Assembly: GCA_002269645.1 (NCBI GenBank)
Contig: NIVC01002264.1
Location: forward strand, 1 to 64,000
Direction of reading: 5' to 3'
DNA: 64,000 bases
From: Macrostomum lignano
Lineage: Eukaryota
Below are positions 22,392-34,825 of this stretch, one piece after another. The notes under the pieces are model-generated. The model saw only the letters and a program-made list of their open reading frames with translations, made no database searches and was not told where the DNA came from. Numbering within the stretch: position 1 is the first letter of the stretch; every line of letters begins with the position of its first letter. A program made the position numbers and the translations under genes.

Positions 22392-25084
22392 ATTGATAGT
22401 TTCAATTTGTCTCATGTTGTTTTCCTATTCACTTTATCTATTTATATAATACCAAATTGTATAATACAAGTGCAGAGTGAAAATGGCACCTACATGTAGT
22501 CAATCTATAGGAAGCAATAAAAAGCTTTATAAAAGCTAAATAGAAAGTATAGTGCAAAGCTACTTGGCATTACCATGGTAAGCTGACCTTGGCCTGATGT
22601 CCTTGGCCTGAGCTAAAACTGCTACTAACTTGCCAAGCTGGGCTTACTCTAGGCAAGCCTAGGCTGAGCTTAGGCCAACCTTGGCTTTGCCTTTGGTATA
22701 TACCAAAATATATCTTAGACTTATTATATACACCAAAATTTTCTATGGCAAAGGTTAATTTCCTGATTGTGATAATGAGATTCCTAGATATTGTCCTCAT
22801 TTATTTATGGCAAAAAAATGAATAAGAGAAAAACAAGTAAAACAAATAAAAATTTTTTAACTTAAAAATGTTTTTTGTTACAACTGAATAAAATGTTTTT
22901 AAATACTTTTGTAATTAATACAATGTTAAACATTAAGGAAACAACATATAAAACAAAAGAAAATAGCAATGATATATAAATTATTGGCCTAGTTATAAAT
23001 TATGTTAAAAAAGAATAGGTACTTTAAATAAGTTTTTTTCACCATAAATATATTTGTAGAATCATAAATTTGTATAAAAATGGTAATCTTCTACTAATTC
23101 TAGTTTTGAAGTTGAATTTAAAGGCTTAATTATTTTACAATTTGAAAATATTTAAACTACAATTAGCATTATAATAACTATACAACTATAGGCCTATAGC
23201 TAAACCTGAATAAATACTATAAATATAAATAAAGTTAGAATATATAGGGGTTTAAAACAAGTTAAAGTTATGTTTTAAAACAAATATATTGAGTGGCTAA
23301 GAGTTGATAATAGTGGCAATAAGCTTGTGTTATAACCTAAAAAAGATTACCAAATGGTAAATATATTACGCCTAGTGGTCTTCTAGCTATTTTTTCAAAA
23401 GTAAAAATTGAAGTTATATATTTCTAGCAGCTAATAGGCTGCTGTCTTTAGCCTATAAGGCTATAAGCTTTTTAGCTAGAAACTAAATACCCAAAGGGCA
23501 ATTATTATCATATTTGATAGACTTTTATCCATAGACATGTTTTTGTGCTTTTAATATGTCACTAGCATAACTTGGAATGAAATTAAAAAAGAAAAATAAT
23601 TAAACATGCAAAACTAGAAGATTGCCAAGAATTTCACAAGGCCCCCCTATATTATTAAAAATGGTTTGTCTATATCTATTGATTATATGATCAATTTAAA
23701 AAACTCAATAGCTTATTAAAAAATTGACATTCACTATTTCCTACTTAAATAGTGAATTGAATATTCTGTTGAAAAAATACAAAAAGCTTTCTTTCCTAAA
23801 TATTATATGTCAATATATTTGCTTTTATATTTGATTAGGGCTTAGGTCTATAAATCTAAGTCTTGTTAGAACTATATCTATGGTACTTGAAATAGGCTAA
23901 GTCCACGCAGGACTTCATTGGCTCATCCAGTGACAATCCAATCAGCCTCTAATGCTTTGCAATGCAGTAACATCAAGACTAGTGAATCAGGTGCATAGAC
24001 ATTTCGTCTGCCACCTTTTTGTCTGCCAGCAGACAAAATGACTTTTTAAGAAGAAAAGATAAGGTATAACTTACATAGCTAGAAAAACTAATTTTTCAAA
24101 ATTAAATATTGCAAAGCATGCAAAAAGAGTTAAAGTAGGATATCAGTTTTTCTAAGCATGGGCCTAATTTTGTTTATCGCAATATTTCAAAGAAACATGA
24201 TAGGCCTATCAATTTTAAAAATGCATTGAAAAAATGAACTTATGGATGGATGAAGGATGGAAGCTGTAGTTATGAATATTGAAAGCAGAGACAGAGTTTT
24301 CTGTTGAATATGATCAGCCGGCTATTTTGAGAATTGCTATGACCCCATCCAATGATGATGCATTTTCATTATAAAAAAATATTCAGCCACCAAAATTCAT
24401 ATAACAAATATTATGTGTATACTACAGGTTGGTTGGATCCCTTAAGAAAATATTTTTAGATTGTACACTCTGAATGCTTCTAGCGTAGCCATAATTAGTT
24501 TGCTATTTTCAATAAAGTATTAATCGTTTTTTAAGATATATAGATATTTATTTTCAATAGGCCTATTATATGTATTGATGTTATACTTTGTCTTAATATT
24601 TTGTGGCAGACAAAACAACTGCATCATATTTTTGCAGATAAAAGAATAGCAGACAAACTGGCAGCAGACGAAACAACCGTCATTGTTTTCCAGTGCTTGT
24701 CTGCCAATCTCAATATGCTAATGTCGCCATGGTACTGCATGGACTAACAAGTGAAGTTGCTGCTAATGCTAATCAAAAGAGTGTTGAAGTACCTATAAAA
24801 CAAGTAAAACATCAATGTGGAATTGAGAATATGGAGATCAATGTTGAGATTGAGTAGGTTCTACTTTTTTTCAAATGAACTGCTAAATAAGCAGTAAACA
24901 AACTGTTCAGCTATGAATAGCTTAATAAACAATTTATATTGTGTTTGTTCCTTATTCCAGTTAGGCCTACTGTTTTTATTTTTTGCTTGGGAATTTGCTT
25001 GGGTTTCTTTGTGCCTGCAAATCAGTACCATTATATAGATAATGGGTTCGAAAACCCAGACCAATACTTAACTAGTCGGTTTGT

Positions 25085-25169
25085 ACCAAAGAGTATTGAG
25101 GTCGCCTTTCATCCTTTCAGATTTTCATCCTTATTGGCACTATACTAGGCGACCTCAATACTCTTTGGT
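25085..25169. repeat. Perfect 23-bp inverted repeat with a 39-nt loop
   Basis: ACCAAAGAGTATTGAGGTCGCCT (25085-25107) and AGGCGACCTCAATACTCTTTGGT (25147-25169). Confidence 0.9.
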
Positions 25170-26495
25170 TTGTAAGTAAACGGGAATAGCCATAGACGCC
25201 CCATTCCCTAAAAAAGCAGATCAATATACGAGATTTTTGGCGCATACTTTTACATTAGTTTACATTATCATAATTACTTTTGAGTTTTGACAATATTACT
25301 GATGGCCCAGGCCCATCACTGTATTAGGCCCTAGCCCCTAGGCTAGGCGTAGGCAGTAGGCTATCATTACATGAAACAACCGTCTGTTTTTTATATAGGC
25401 CTAGTATCTAGATTACTAGAAGTGATAAGCAAAGTAAAAAAGCAGTCACAACTCACAAAATACATAGCAGCTAATCTATCTTCTTAGCTTACTTTCTTTA
25501 GTTTAAGGGTGCGTACTGACAAGACAACTGACATCAACGCTCTGTTTTCCAAGAAATGCTAGGCCCTAGCTATTTTAAATACGGCCCAAAAGGCTCGTTC
25601 ACTCCGCCATTAATTGAGCCATCAAACACACTACTGATGTACAGAGTACAAGTCAGCAATGCGTAAGCTTTTAAACCTCTAAACCCAAAAATTTTGTATA
25701 TATTGCAATCGCTTAATATCTTATATAATCCTTCGCTGATTGCATTGTTATGGAACGATTGGCGGGGATACTGTCGACAGCTGTAGCGATGCAATCCAGA
25801 ATTTCTTACCAAAAACCAACTGTGAAGTCAAGTCTCTTATTTTGGAGTAAACTCAACTGAGACAATTAAACCATTCACGCAGTAGCGCAACCAGAAATTT
25901 GTCGAGGGGGCGGATTTGGATGGTAAGGACCCAAGGAGTGCGGAGGCCAGGGGGTGCGGTCAGTTATATTGTCCCCGTTAGTTTCACTAAGGTTCTTTTT
26001 TAATCCTCTCTGCTACTCAAAACTGTTCTGGAGGGTATGAACTAGTAGTTTGGTGAATGATTCCATTTCAACAGTTTCGGGCACGAAAAACATCGAATTC
26101 ACCTGGTGCTCATCACTATCAGTTAAAATAAATCTTGATAGATTTTACCTTTTCGATTTATAAAACAAAGTCTATAAAATCCCTAATTTTTCGGACTCAC
26201 CGAGTCCAAGTGGGGAAATAATGCGAAATAATATAATAGTGAATAGACTGAAATCATAAACCGCGCTACTACATTATTGTATTATACACTGCAGAATACG
26301 TAAAATGTAGAATAATCGAAAGAAGATAACAAAAATATCACACATACTTGTACCAACAACGACTTGATATAATTGTTATTATCGTCAACTTAAGTAGTTG
26401 AGGTTGTCCTTAATAAAAAATGTTGGACGAACTTAATAAGTGCAGGAATTCTAAATACGGCTACTATACAGTGCTCATACCTATACATGTACATA

Positions 26496-27322
26496 CAACA
26501 ACAACAACAACAACAACAGAATACGCAATTAGCGTCACGGGGCGCGCTTCAAGGCCAGGTCGCGAATGAACGCCACGCCGCCGGCCGAATCCGGGGCGCC
26601 GGCGTCAGCTAGCAGGCAATCGACGAAACGCCGAGTGCGTGCCTGCCCCCGCCGGTAGGGTGCCTGCAGCGTGAGCAGCAGCACCTCCTACACCGGCTCT
26701 GGGCAGTACGACTCGGCGCGGATGATGTGGCCTGCCAGCTGGAGTCGCCGACGGCGCAACAGGTCGCTTTGACGGACCAGACCGGCGCGGCGATACAAAG
26801 CCGCGTTGGTCACTCGCTCGTAGCCGATCTTGAAGGCGGCGCGCAGCAGGCCAGCGTGCGCCGCGTCAACTTGCTGCTCGAGCGACTCCGACGGCGTCCA
26901 TGTCTCGGCGTTGTACAGCAGGATGGTTTCGATCACCGCCTGGAACAACGCCGCCGCCTGGCGGTCAGGTAAGGCAGGCCTCGGACTGCAGGACTGCCCT
27001 CACAGAACAAAAGGCAGTCCAGGCAAGCCCGCGGCGACCTCGCGGACGCCGGGAACCTGACCGCCGAGGTAGACGAACTGCTGAAAACGCGGAAGCTCTG
27101 TCGCCTGATCCATCAGCGCCTCGGCACAAAATCGCAGCCTCGATGTCATCCGGCACACAGAGCACGACGGTCTTCTGCGTGTTGACCACCAGGCCGACAC
27201 TCGCCGCAACAGCAACTAGCTTGTCCAGTTGTCGCTGGGCGCCCTCGACAGTTAAAGACAGAAGGGCGAGGTCATCGGCGTAGCCAAGCACACTGAGCCG
27301 CCTCTCCGGTTGACGTCGTGAT
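26496..27322 (-). mobile_element. 5'-truncated non-LTR retrotransposon (RTE-like) with a (GTT)n tail
   Basis: LGYADDLAL (RT motif), LVVNTQKT, ETILLYNAETW, RRRRLQLAGHIIR and C-terminal RRGQARTRRFVDCLLADAG. It carries frameshifts and a premature TAG; the (CAA)n run at about 26496-26518 on the + strand is the 3' tail. Confidence 0.9.
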
Positions 27323-27864
27323 GGGGGAGACTTTTAAAAGTCAAACTTCACAGTGAATATCTCTCTTCTTTCACCCCGGTTCCATACCAACACAAACACA
27401 CCAACACACAAACCTAAATTAACCATATATCTTCTAAGTGAAACTTGGCACCACTTGAGCTACCATTGGCCTCCATATACTGGCACACAAGAGAGCCCTT
27501 CAAGTAAAGGAGGAGCCGGACCTAAAGCTCTGCTTTTCTTACCTGTGCAGTCCGTGTGACACAAGGCTGGCTGTGTACTCAGCATAGCTGCCGCTGATGG
27601 CCTAACCGAAGGTAAGGGCAAGCTTTAATTGAGAACTGCTGCACTCCAACTGTTTTAAAGCAGTCCCCTCGCCTTCCCAATCTAATCACTATTTTATTTA
27701 ACAAGACTTCTCAAGCCTATATTATACAAAAGGACAGTGCCGGGCTTATATAGCTAAGGCAATCAGGTGGATATATCAATCTTGGTGTGTGGGGTTCCAG
27801 AATCTCAATATAGTTAAAATAATTAGACATCCAACTTGCAACCGTTGGAAATAAAGCCAAGTAA

Positions 27865-28137
<273 letters not shown>

Positions 28138-30841
28138 TAACTTGGAGAGAGCGAAGCCTTTTATCGCATTTGATTTTTAGAGTGTATGAAATCACCTGTA
28201 GAGTGGATAGGTGTAGTGCAATATTTCAGGGGAGTTTCAAAAGTTTATAGTTATCTTCCTTCAAATAAATTAACTCGTCGATCCAAAGCTAGTCAGAGTT
28301 GATGTGGAATTTGTTGTTCATTCTCGGTGCTAAACCTCAAAAAAAGTTGACCACACTTGATCCTCACAGAGCAGAGTTTCTTACAAGTAAACTAAAGGAA
28401 ACAAGTAGACCGCGTGTTGCTTCGTACTCCTAATAAATAATGCAATGGAGCCCAAGGCTAATCCATCTCTCACTCAATGCTAACAGTGTTAGCTGCCTAC
28501 CGTTATTCATTTTTGTTCTTCAGGGTCAGAGAAAGCCGCGTGGCTGATGTGGTGCTCTGGCAATTCAACAAGTTTTTCTTCGCATAGATGCAGCTTGCTC
28601 ACGCGAGAGCAACAGGTTTTCTGGTTATGTGGAGAAAACTATAAATAACTAAGATTTCCTGTACATGTAGAATTTAAGCTACTACAAAAAACTTACAGAT
28701 AATGCTCTGATTATTTTCTAATCTATAAATCTTTCGCCAAACGTCGTAGCCATTATGACGAGAAACTGATTGAAAACTCTTGTCATTGATTAGACAGTTG
28801 GATGGACATCGCAAGACAACTGCAAGGAAATAGTGCAGCAAAAATTGCCTAAGAAACAGGATGCCGCTAGGGAATACAGAATCCCGAGTTTTTCCGGGTA
28901 GTCCAGTCCATCGACAAGGCTGCAAATCCTTATGTTGGGAAAGTTGACACGTGCACCTTCTACGGACTATAAGAGATTTGTGTAAAACTGAAGCAGCATT
29001 TCAGATCAATGGCAGATTCATTCCAGACAGATTGTCTTGAAGTAATCTTTGATTTTTCGTCGCTGGTACAAGCCAGATTGTGGGCCTCGATCATGGGATC
29101 GAACTTTAAGAGAAAAATTTTTCAACGTCGCCAGAAGTTCGACAGACCAGACAACGTTGTGACTCGACAGGCTGGGCTTGGGACTTCGTACTATGTCATG
29201 ATTATATTTCCAAATGAGCTAATGATGCATGTAGAGGTAATTTCATAGGGAATATATGACGCGAATGCGACGTGTTTAGGTAAGAAAACACCCGAATTTA
29301 GCTGACCTTTTTGGAAAGCGATGCAGTAGATCCCCGCATGTTCAAATTTCGTTGACACACTATTTACGATATCTCAATATCAATATGCTCGCTTCCATTT
29401 GCATCGTATCGAGACGAACTTCCCAGATTTTTCAGCTTCACCAAGCCACGCAAAAGAATTTGCAAAAAAAATTTGCATTTGTGTCTGCTCGATTGCCAAG
29501 TTTATTTTTATGATCGTATGTAAAACTGAATGTTGAATTGCTATAAACTTATCACGTGACGATGAAATGAGGAACATCTATGAAAACAGACGATTCACCA
29601 TCATCAAAAGCTAATCAAGTCACAGAAAAGTATCAATATATCGATAGAGATAGCGAGGGACCATTTACGAGTAGAAGCTTAGAGATAGAAGACCACACAC
29701 CCGGAAAGATTTGTAAAACGGCGAAAACAGAAAAGATTTATCAAGCAATCAATTATTGTTTTACAGGAAAATCCGTTGATCGAATTCATCGGGTTCAATT
29801 CCAGAAATCGGAAGGCTTTAGAGATCAAAACAACAAAGCATGAGGAACCTGGCAGGATGTAGCTAAAAGCTGTTTGTCCGATCAGCAAATATCCTTTGTG
29901 ATTCATATATCGAAACTAGTATCCTTGGTTACGAACCCGAGCACCATCAGCAGCATTTCGATCGGCCAACCGCATCCATCCCTTCCAGTTAGTAGCTCTC
30001 CGTCCAGCAAGCACCATCCCTCAAGGCTCTGGGCGGCGGGGGCTTTGTGTTATCCACCGGATTAGCGCGGCCACCGTAATGGATTTCTCCCATGACAGGC
30101 CAGCAAAGTGGGACGGAGGGTCAATCTGCGTCGCTTTTAACACCATCGACAGATAAGGAAGAGTATAACTCGGGACTCAGCTTTCCGAAGAGAAGATTTC
30201 GGCTCCTGGCAGGGTACTGGCATTGTGCCAGAAGCAACGAGCTGAGGCGGAACCCATCCCGATCTCGCAGCGTTGAATGATCCCTTGGGATCGATTTTTT
30301 GATCTGCCCCTAAAGTTTGGCAGTGCGCGGCCCGTTCAGAAAGGGGATTGGCTGCAAGTAACGTGAACTAGTCGAGGTGCGGCCGAACAGGATAGTGGCG
30401 AATGAGAAGCTTCAGAGGCACGGTGAGAAGGCTGGGGAGTCGCCGACACCCCAGGCCTGAACTGGACAAAAGTTCCAACCCTGGCCTATTTCCGCCGATG
30501 CGGTCTAGCGATCAGTCTTCAAAATCTCAGACAACTTTTACTTGTCTTCTTCCCAATATACTTCACTGTTTTGTTCGAATTCGTCTGATTCCTCTGGGGG
30601 TCGACAGGCTCCCGATCTGGTAGTTCCCCAAGCTAGGTTCTCCCTGTAGTCAGCCAAGAATACTCCAGCAGGCACAGCAGATAATTAATTAATTCGAATC
30701 GGTACCCTTCCGCTAGGCCGATTCGGTGTCTCCCATTCTCGCCAGCCTAATCTTGATTGACTCAGTCAGACTTGCGAATTAAAAATACAGGAGATTACCG
30801 AGAACTTGCTGTTAGATTGATCAAGCAGCAGGACGGATAGA

Positions 30842-32169
30842 ATGAAGCTCCTGCAAGCTGAATCAGTTGTCGGCTTGATCCTCATCATCGTCTCCATAGT
30901 GACGGGAAGCGCATCGAACTCATCCGGCTTCCTGATGGAGGAAAAAGTGACGGCGTTGATCACTCGTCTGTTGCAGAACTTTGGTTCCAACGGCCGCTAC
31001 GTTTACCCGGAGATAGGCAGCAACCGATCCCAGGTAAACATGAGCTTCCAAATACTGCACTTCTACGGCTTGGACCAGAATGAGATTCTTGAAATCGGCG
31101 TCTGGACGGCCTTTCTGTGGCGTGATCCCCGTCTGGAGTGGAACTCAACCGAGTATGGCGGCCTCAAAGTGATCAAGGTCCCTGCCGACAACATCTGGAT
31201 ACCGGACGTGGGCTTGAGCAACACTAAGAAGGAGAACCAATTCGACTTTCGCCTACTCAAAGCAGTAGAGGCTCTGGTGTATCCAATGGCACAGTCTATA
31301 TTTATTATCACCTGGTAACCACTGTAGCCTGCCCAATAGACGTCATGTTCTTCCCATTCGATTCGCAGAAGTGCGATTTTCAGTTCGGTCCTTGGACCAG
31401 CTACCGCGGTAGCTACCGCATCCACCTGCCCAAGAGCAACATCCGCATGGCCAACATATCCAAGTTCGTCAGCGAATGGGAGATAATAAGTTTCAGCATC
31501 GAGGAAAAAAACTTTTTCGACGATAACGTCAACCAAATGTGGGACTACTTCGAAGTGAAGATCGAAGTCAGACGTAAACCATACTACTACATATTTGTCA
31601 TTGTTGTGCCATTCTTCATGCTGTCCTTCATGGCCTGTCTCATGTTTTTGGCTGACGAAGCTGGCGACCGAGTGAGCATGTCGATCGCAATACTGCTCAC
31701 CATGACACTGTACGTGATGATCACGAGCTCAAGCGCGCCCAAGTCGATGCAGACGATTCCATTGTTGGGCATCTACATCATGATACAAATGGCTCTGCTC
31801 ATCATGTTCACTTTCTTGGCCATTCGCAGCAACCTCAGTGGGGCGGGCGGCGCCGGCCCAGTCATATACTACACCGAGGACGCCAACGGCCTGCTGACCA
31901 AAGTCAAAGAGAAGCGCGTTCGACGGCCGGCTCCTTTGGCGACGTCGACGCCAGGCGGCATGGAATTCGAGACGCCGGCTGGCGGCAGTGCGGCGAGCGG
32001 ACTCGAACTCGAGCACATCAATAGGAAGCCTCGCCGGCCGCCACAGTCGGCCAGACGACGAGAGCCGCAGAGACAAGACTGTTTCTTCATGGCCTTGTAC
32101 ATCGGGCTAACACTGACTAATGTCTGCGTCTGCATGGTTATCCTGCCGGCTGCAAAGTACAGAATGTGA
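30842..32169 (+). CDS. Intronless Cys-loop ligand-gated ion channel subunit (nAChR-like, non-alpha), about 442 aa, with one 1-bp deletion at about 31285
   Basis: Signal peptide, WRDPRLEW and IWIPD motifs. Restoring one A gives VYPNGTV...CPIDVMFFPFDSQKC (C-x13-C loop). Also present: FGPWT, RRKPYYY.....P (M1), GDRVS (M2), M3 and M4. Confidence 0.9.
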
Positions 32170-34109
32170 TCTGGAAAGGCTGTCAACCCCTGTTGATACT
32201 GCTTTGCCGATACTTTTGTTTAACCGAATACAAGGAGGTGTGCGTTTTTCTTTTGATTGTGACAACTTGTCCTCTAGTACGTGTTCCAATTACATTTTTA
32301 ACTCTGAAGTGACATGAGAACGGATTAGAACATTCGAGTCAATATAAGGTCTGCAACTGCTCAGAATCTGATACGCCTAATTCCACCGATTCACATAACC
32401 GCCAGTAGGTAAAGGATGCGAAACGTTCTTTAGCGTATGGTTTTCAGACGCTGTCAATTTTGTTTTGACATAGCCACCTAAATCTCTAATTTTAATGCTG
32501 AAAAGTTATAGGCTACTGCTACGTGAACACGCTTTTAAAGTGCAGGAAAAAACGATTAGGCAGTAACGTCAATTGAAATTGAAAAAAAAAACGCTGTCAA
32601 ATAGCTCAGGTAGCTCGATTCCATTAGGTTTCCTTGGAACAAAAACTCCGATAGATATAAAGTAGCTGATTTGACGTTTGAAACGCTTTCTCAACGAGAT
32701 ACTCGTAAAACTACTTGTCGACTCTCAAATGTTTAAAAGCCATTTTTTACTAAAGATGGAGAGCCACTATGGTAGCAGCTACAGCAATTGACAAACTGCA
32801 ATATTTAATTATTTTTTCTTCTCTAGCTGTCCAAGAGGACACAATTCATGATTAACTCACACTTCTTTGCGTCACTGAAAATGAACAGCTCTACTTTTGT
32901 AACTGTATTTAAAAAAACTAAATTTCCTTTTTCTTAACGGCACCCACCTTGCACAGCCCGATGTTGTACAGCAATTTAAAAATACCAGTTTCCAGTGACG
33001 TCCATCGACGTCGGGTTATGTCAGCATACGTCGGCGGATGTCGGAAAGTTGCACGGGAACAGCACGATTTTGCAATTATCCATTATCATCACTATCACAA
33101 CTCTTGCGAGGACCATTGATTACAACCAACTGTTATTGCACATTTTACCCACCAGAACTCACTGCTTTTAATCTTGACAAAAACTGAAAAATGTATGGTA
33201 AAAATGGAAATACACTGAATTGCAAGTGTCAGAACTGTGCGTGTCCTGGGGACGTGAATTGCTTTCTACATTGTATGAACAAGCGCCAGACTGGCGTATT
33301 TTAGCCATGAAACAACGTAGAAACAATATCGGGAAAAATATATGGCCCATTCCTACAAGGAAGGCAGCTCGAGATCCACTTGTCGTGGTTTTTTGTTGAG
33401 TCTTTATGGCTCAAATTCACGCGAGTAAGCTTGGGAGTCGTAATAAAAGCAAGTCAAGCAAGGGACTGCCGGCAGGAAGTGAAGAAACTTCTTTTCCAGC
33501 AACGTAACTTGAGCACAGAAGCAACTACAGCCGCGTTACTGTTCTCATGTTAATAGGTTTATATTTTAACATGTAAAAATCAAAATTAAACAGCTGTCGT
33601 TTTCACTTAGTACTGCAAGTTCTATAAAATCATGCGTCTTCGGAGCAATTGGCAGTTTGAATCGGCATTTTGGCTTACATTTTTCAGCATCATAGCAAGT
33701 CACCATGCATTATTCGGTATGTCTTTGATGTATGGAAAAGACATACTGAGCAATTACATTGTAGTAATAGCATTGAATAGAAAATACTATTTTTAACTGG
33801 CGTGAAGCAATGGCTGAATTGACATTGTTTAACGTAGATAGTCAAAATTTTCATTGCCTAACGGTACTAAAAATACGAGTAAAAGTACAGATTTATGCTG
33901 TGGATTTTCCACCGTATACAAAGTTTTCGAAACAGTCATAAAAGAGGAGTAATGCTCCTCTAGTCAACAACTTTTAAGCTGTACATTGAATACCAAAATA
34001 TGGCAATATTTCATTCAATAAATTGGAAGAACCTGCCGATGGAATGTCTCGACGGAGTGATTCAATCTGCATTTTTTTAGTTCACTCTCCGCCAATGACT
34101 GGAGTGCAG

Positions 34110-34460
34110 ACGAAGAGCTGCGAGAGACGAAGATCGACGCATTGACAAGCTTGGATGAAGGTATTATGTCTGGAGTCAATCTTCCTGACCTACCGGAGAC
34201 CAATGAGGTTGTTCTGGATCCCGTTGAAATATCGTCTCTTCCAAAGAGTACACGTGAGCAGATGTATAAGCATGGAGAAGCGTTTGTAGATTTTCTGAAG
34301 AAACGGTCCGCTGAAAACGCTGGCGATTTGCCTTCACCCATGCTGAACGAGTATCTGCAATTCCATTACTACACGCTCAAAAAGGACGATGGAGGCTACT
34401 ACGCCCCAGCAAGCTTGGTCTGCTGCAGGGCTGATATTCAACGCTACTTTTACTATTGTG
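34110..34460 (+). mobile_element. Second Crypton-like recombinase N-terminal fragment
   Basis: LPKSTREQ....GEAFVDFL...MLNEYLQFHYYTLKKDDGGYYAPASLVCCRADIQRYF. Shares the YAP..L.C.RA...RYF motif with the 3.6-4.2 kb fragment; truncated. Confidence 0.6.
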
Positions 34461-34825
34461 CTAGCGTTGGAGCTTCCAATTGTGAATCGAACGGAATCGA
34501 ACCAGGGGTCGTGGCGCAAGAGTCAGACGCGTTCACCGCTGAACTGCTCCGCCCCCTAATAGAACACTAGGAAGGCTTGCACTGGTTTTGAAGCATTTAC
34601 AAGTTGATTCGTAACAAGTTAAAAAAGAAAGGTGATGAATTTTGCCTGAAAAGATACAACTCTGACGAGCTGCTGCAACTGCCAACTGCAACGAGTGTCG
34701 GGCACTCACGCGGAACCACGCGAATCGAGGAACCGAAATTAAATTAAATGCCTCACTTTAATTATACGGCCTCACGCATTTACTTTTATTATCGTCTCTA
34801 AGTAATACAAGTCACTTATTATTGT

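Noticed and set aside
28600-30760. Short ORFs and a TGTTACG-like possible LTR start at about 29925
   Set aside because: No second LTR, PBS, PPT or recognisable domain was found; it is probably decayed repeat sequence.
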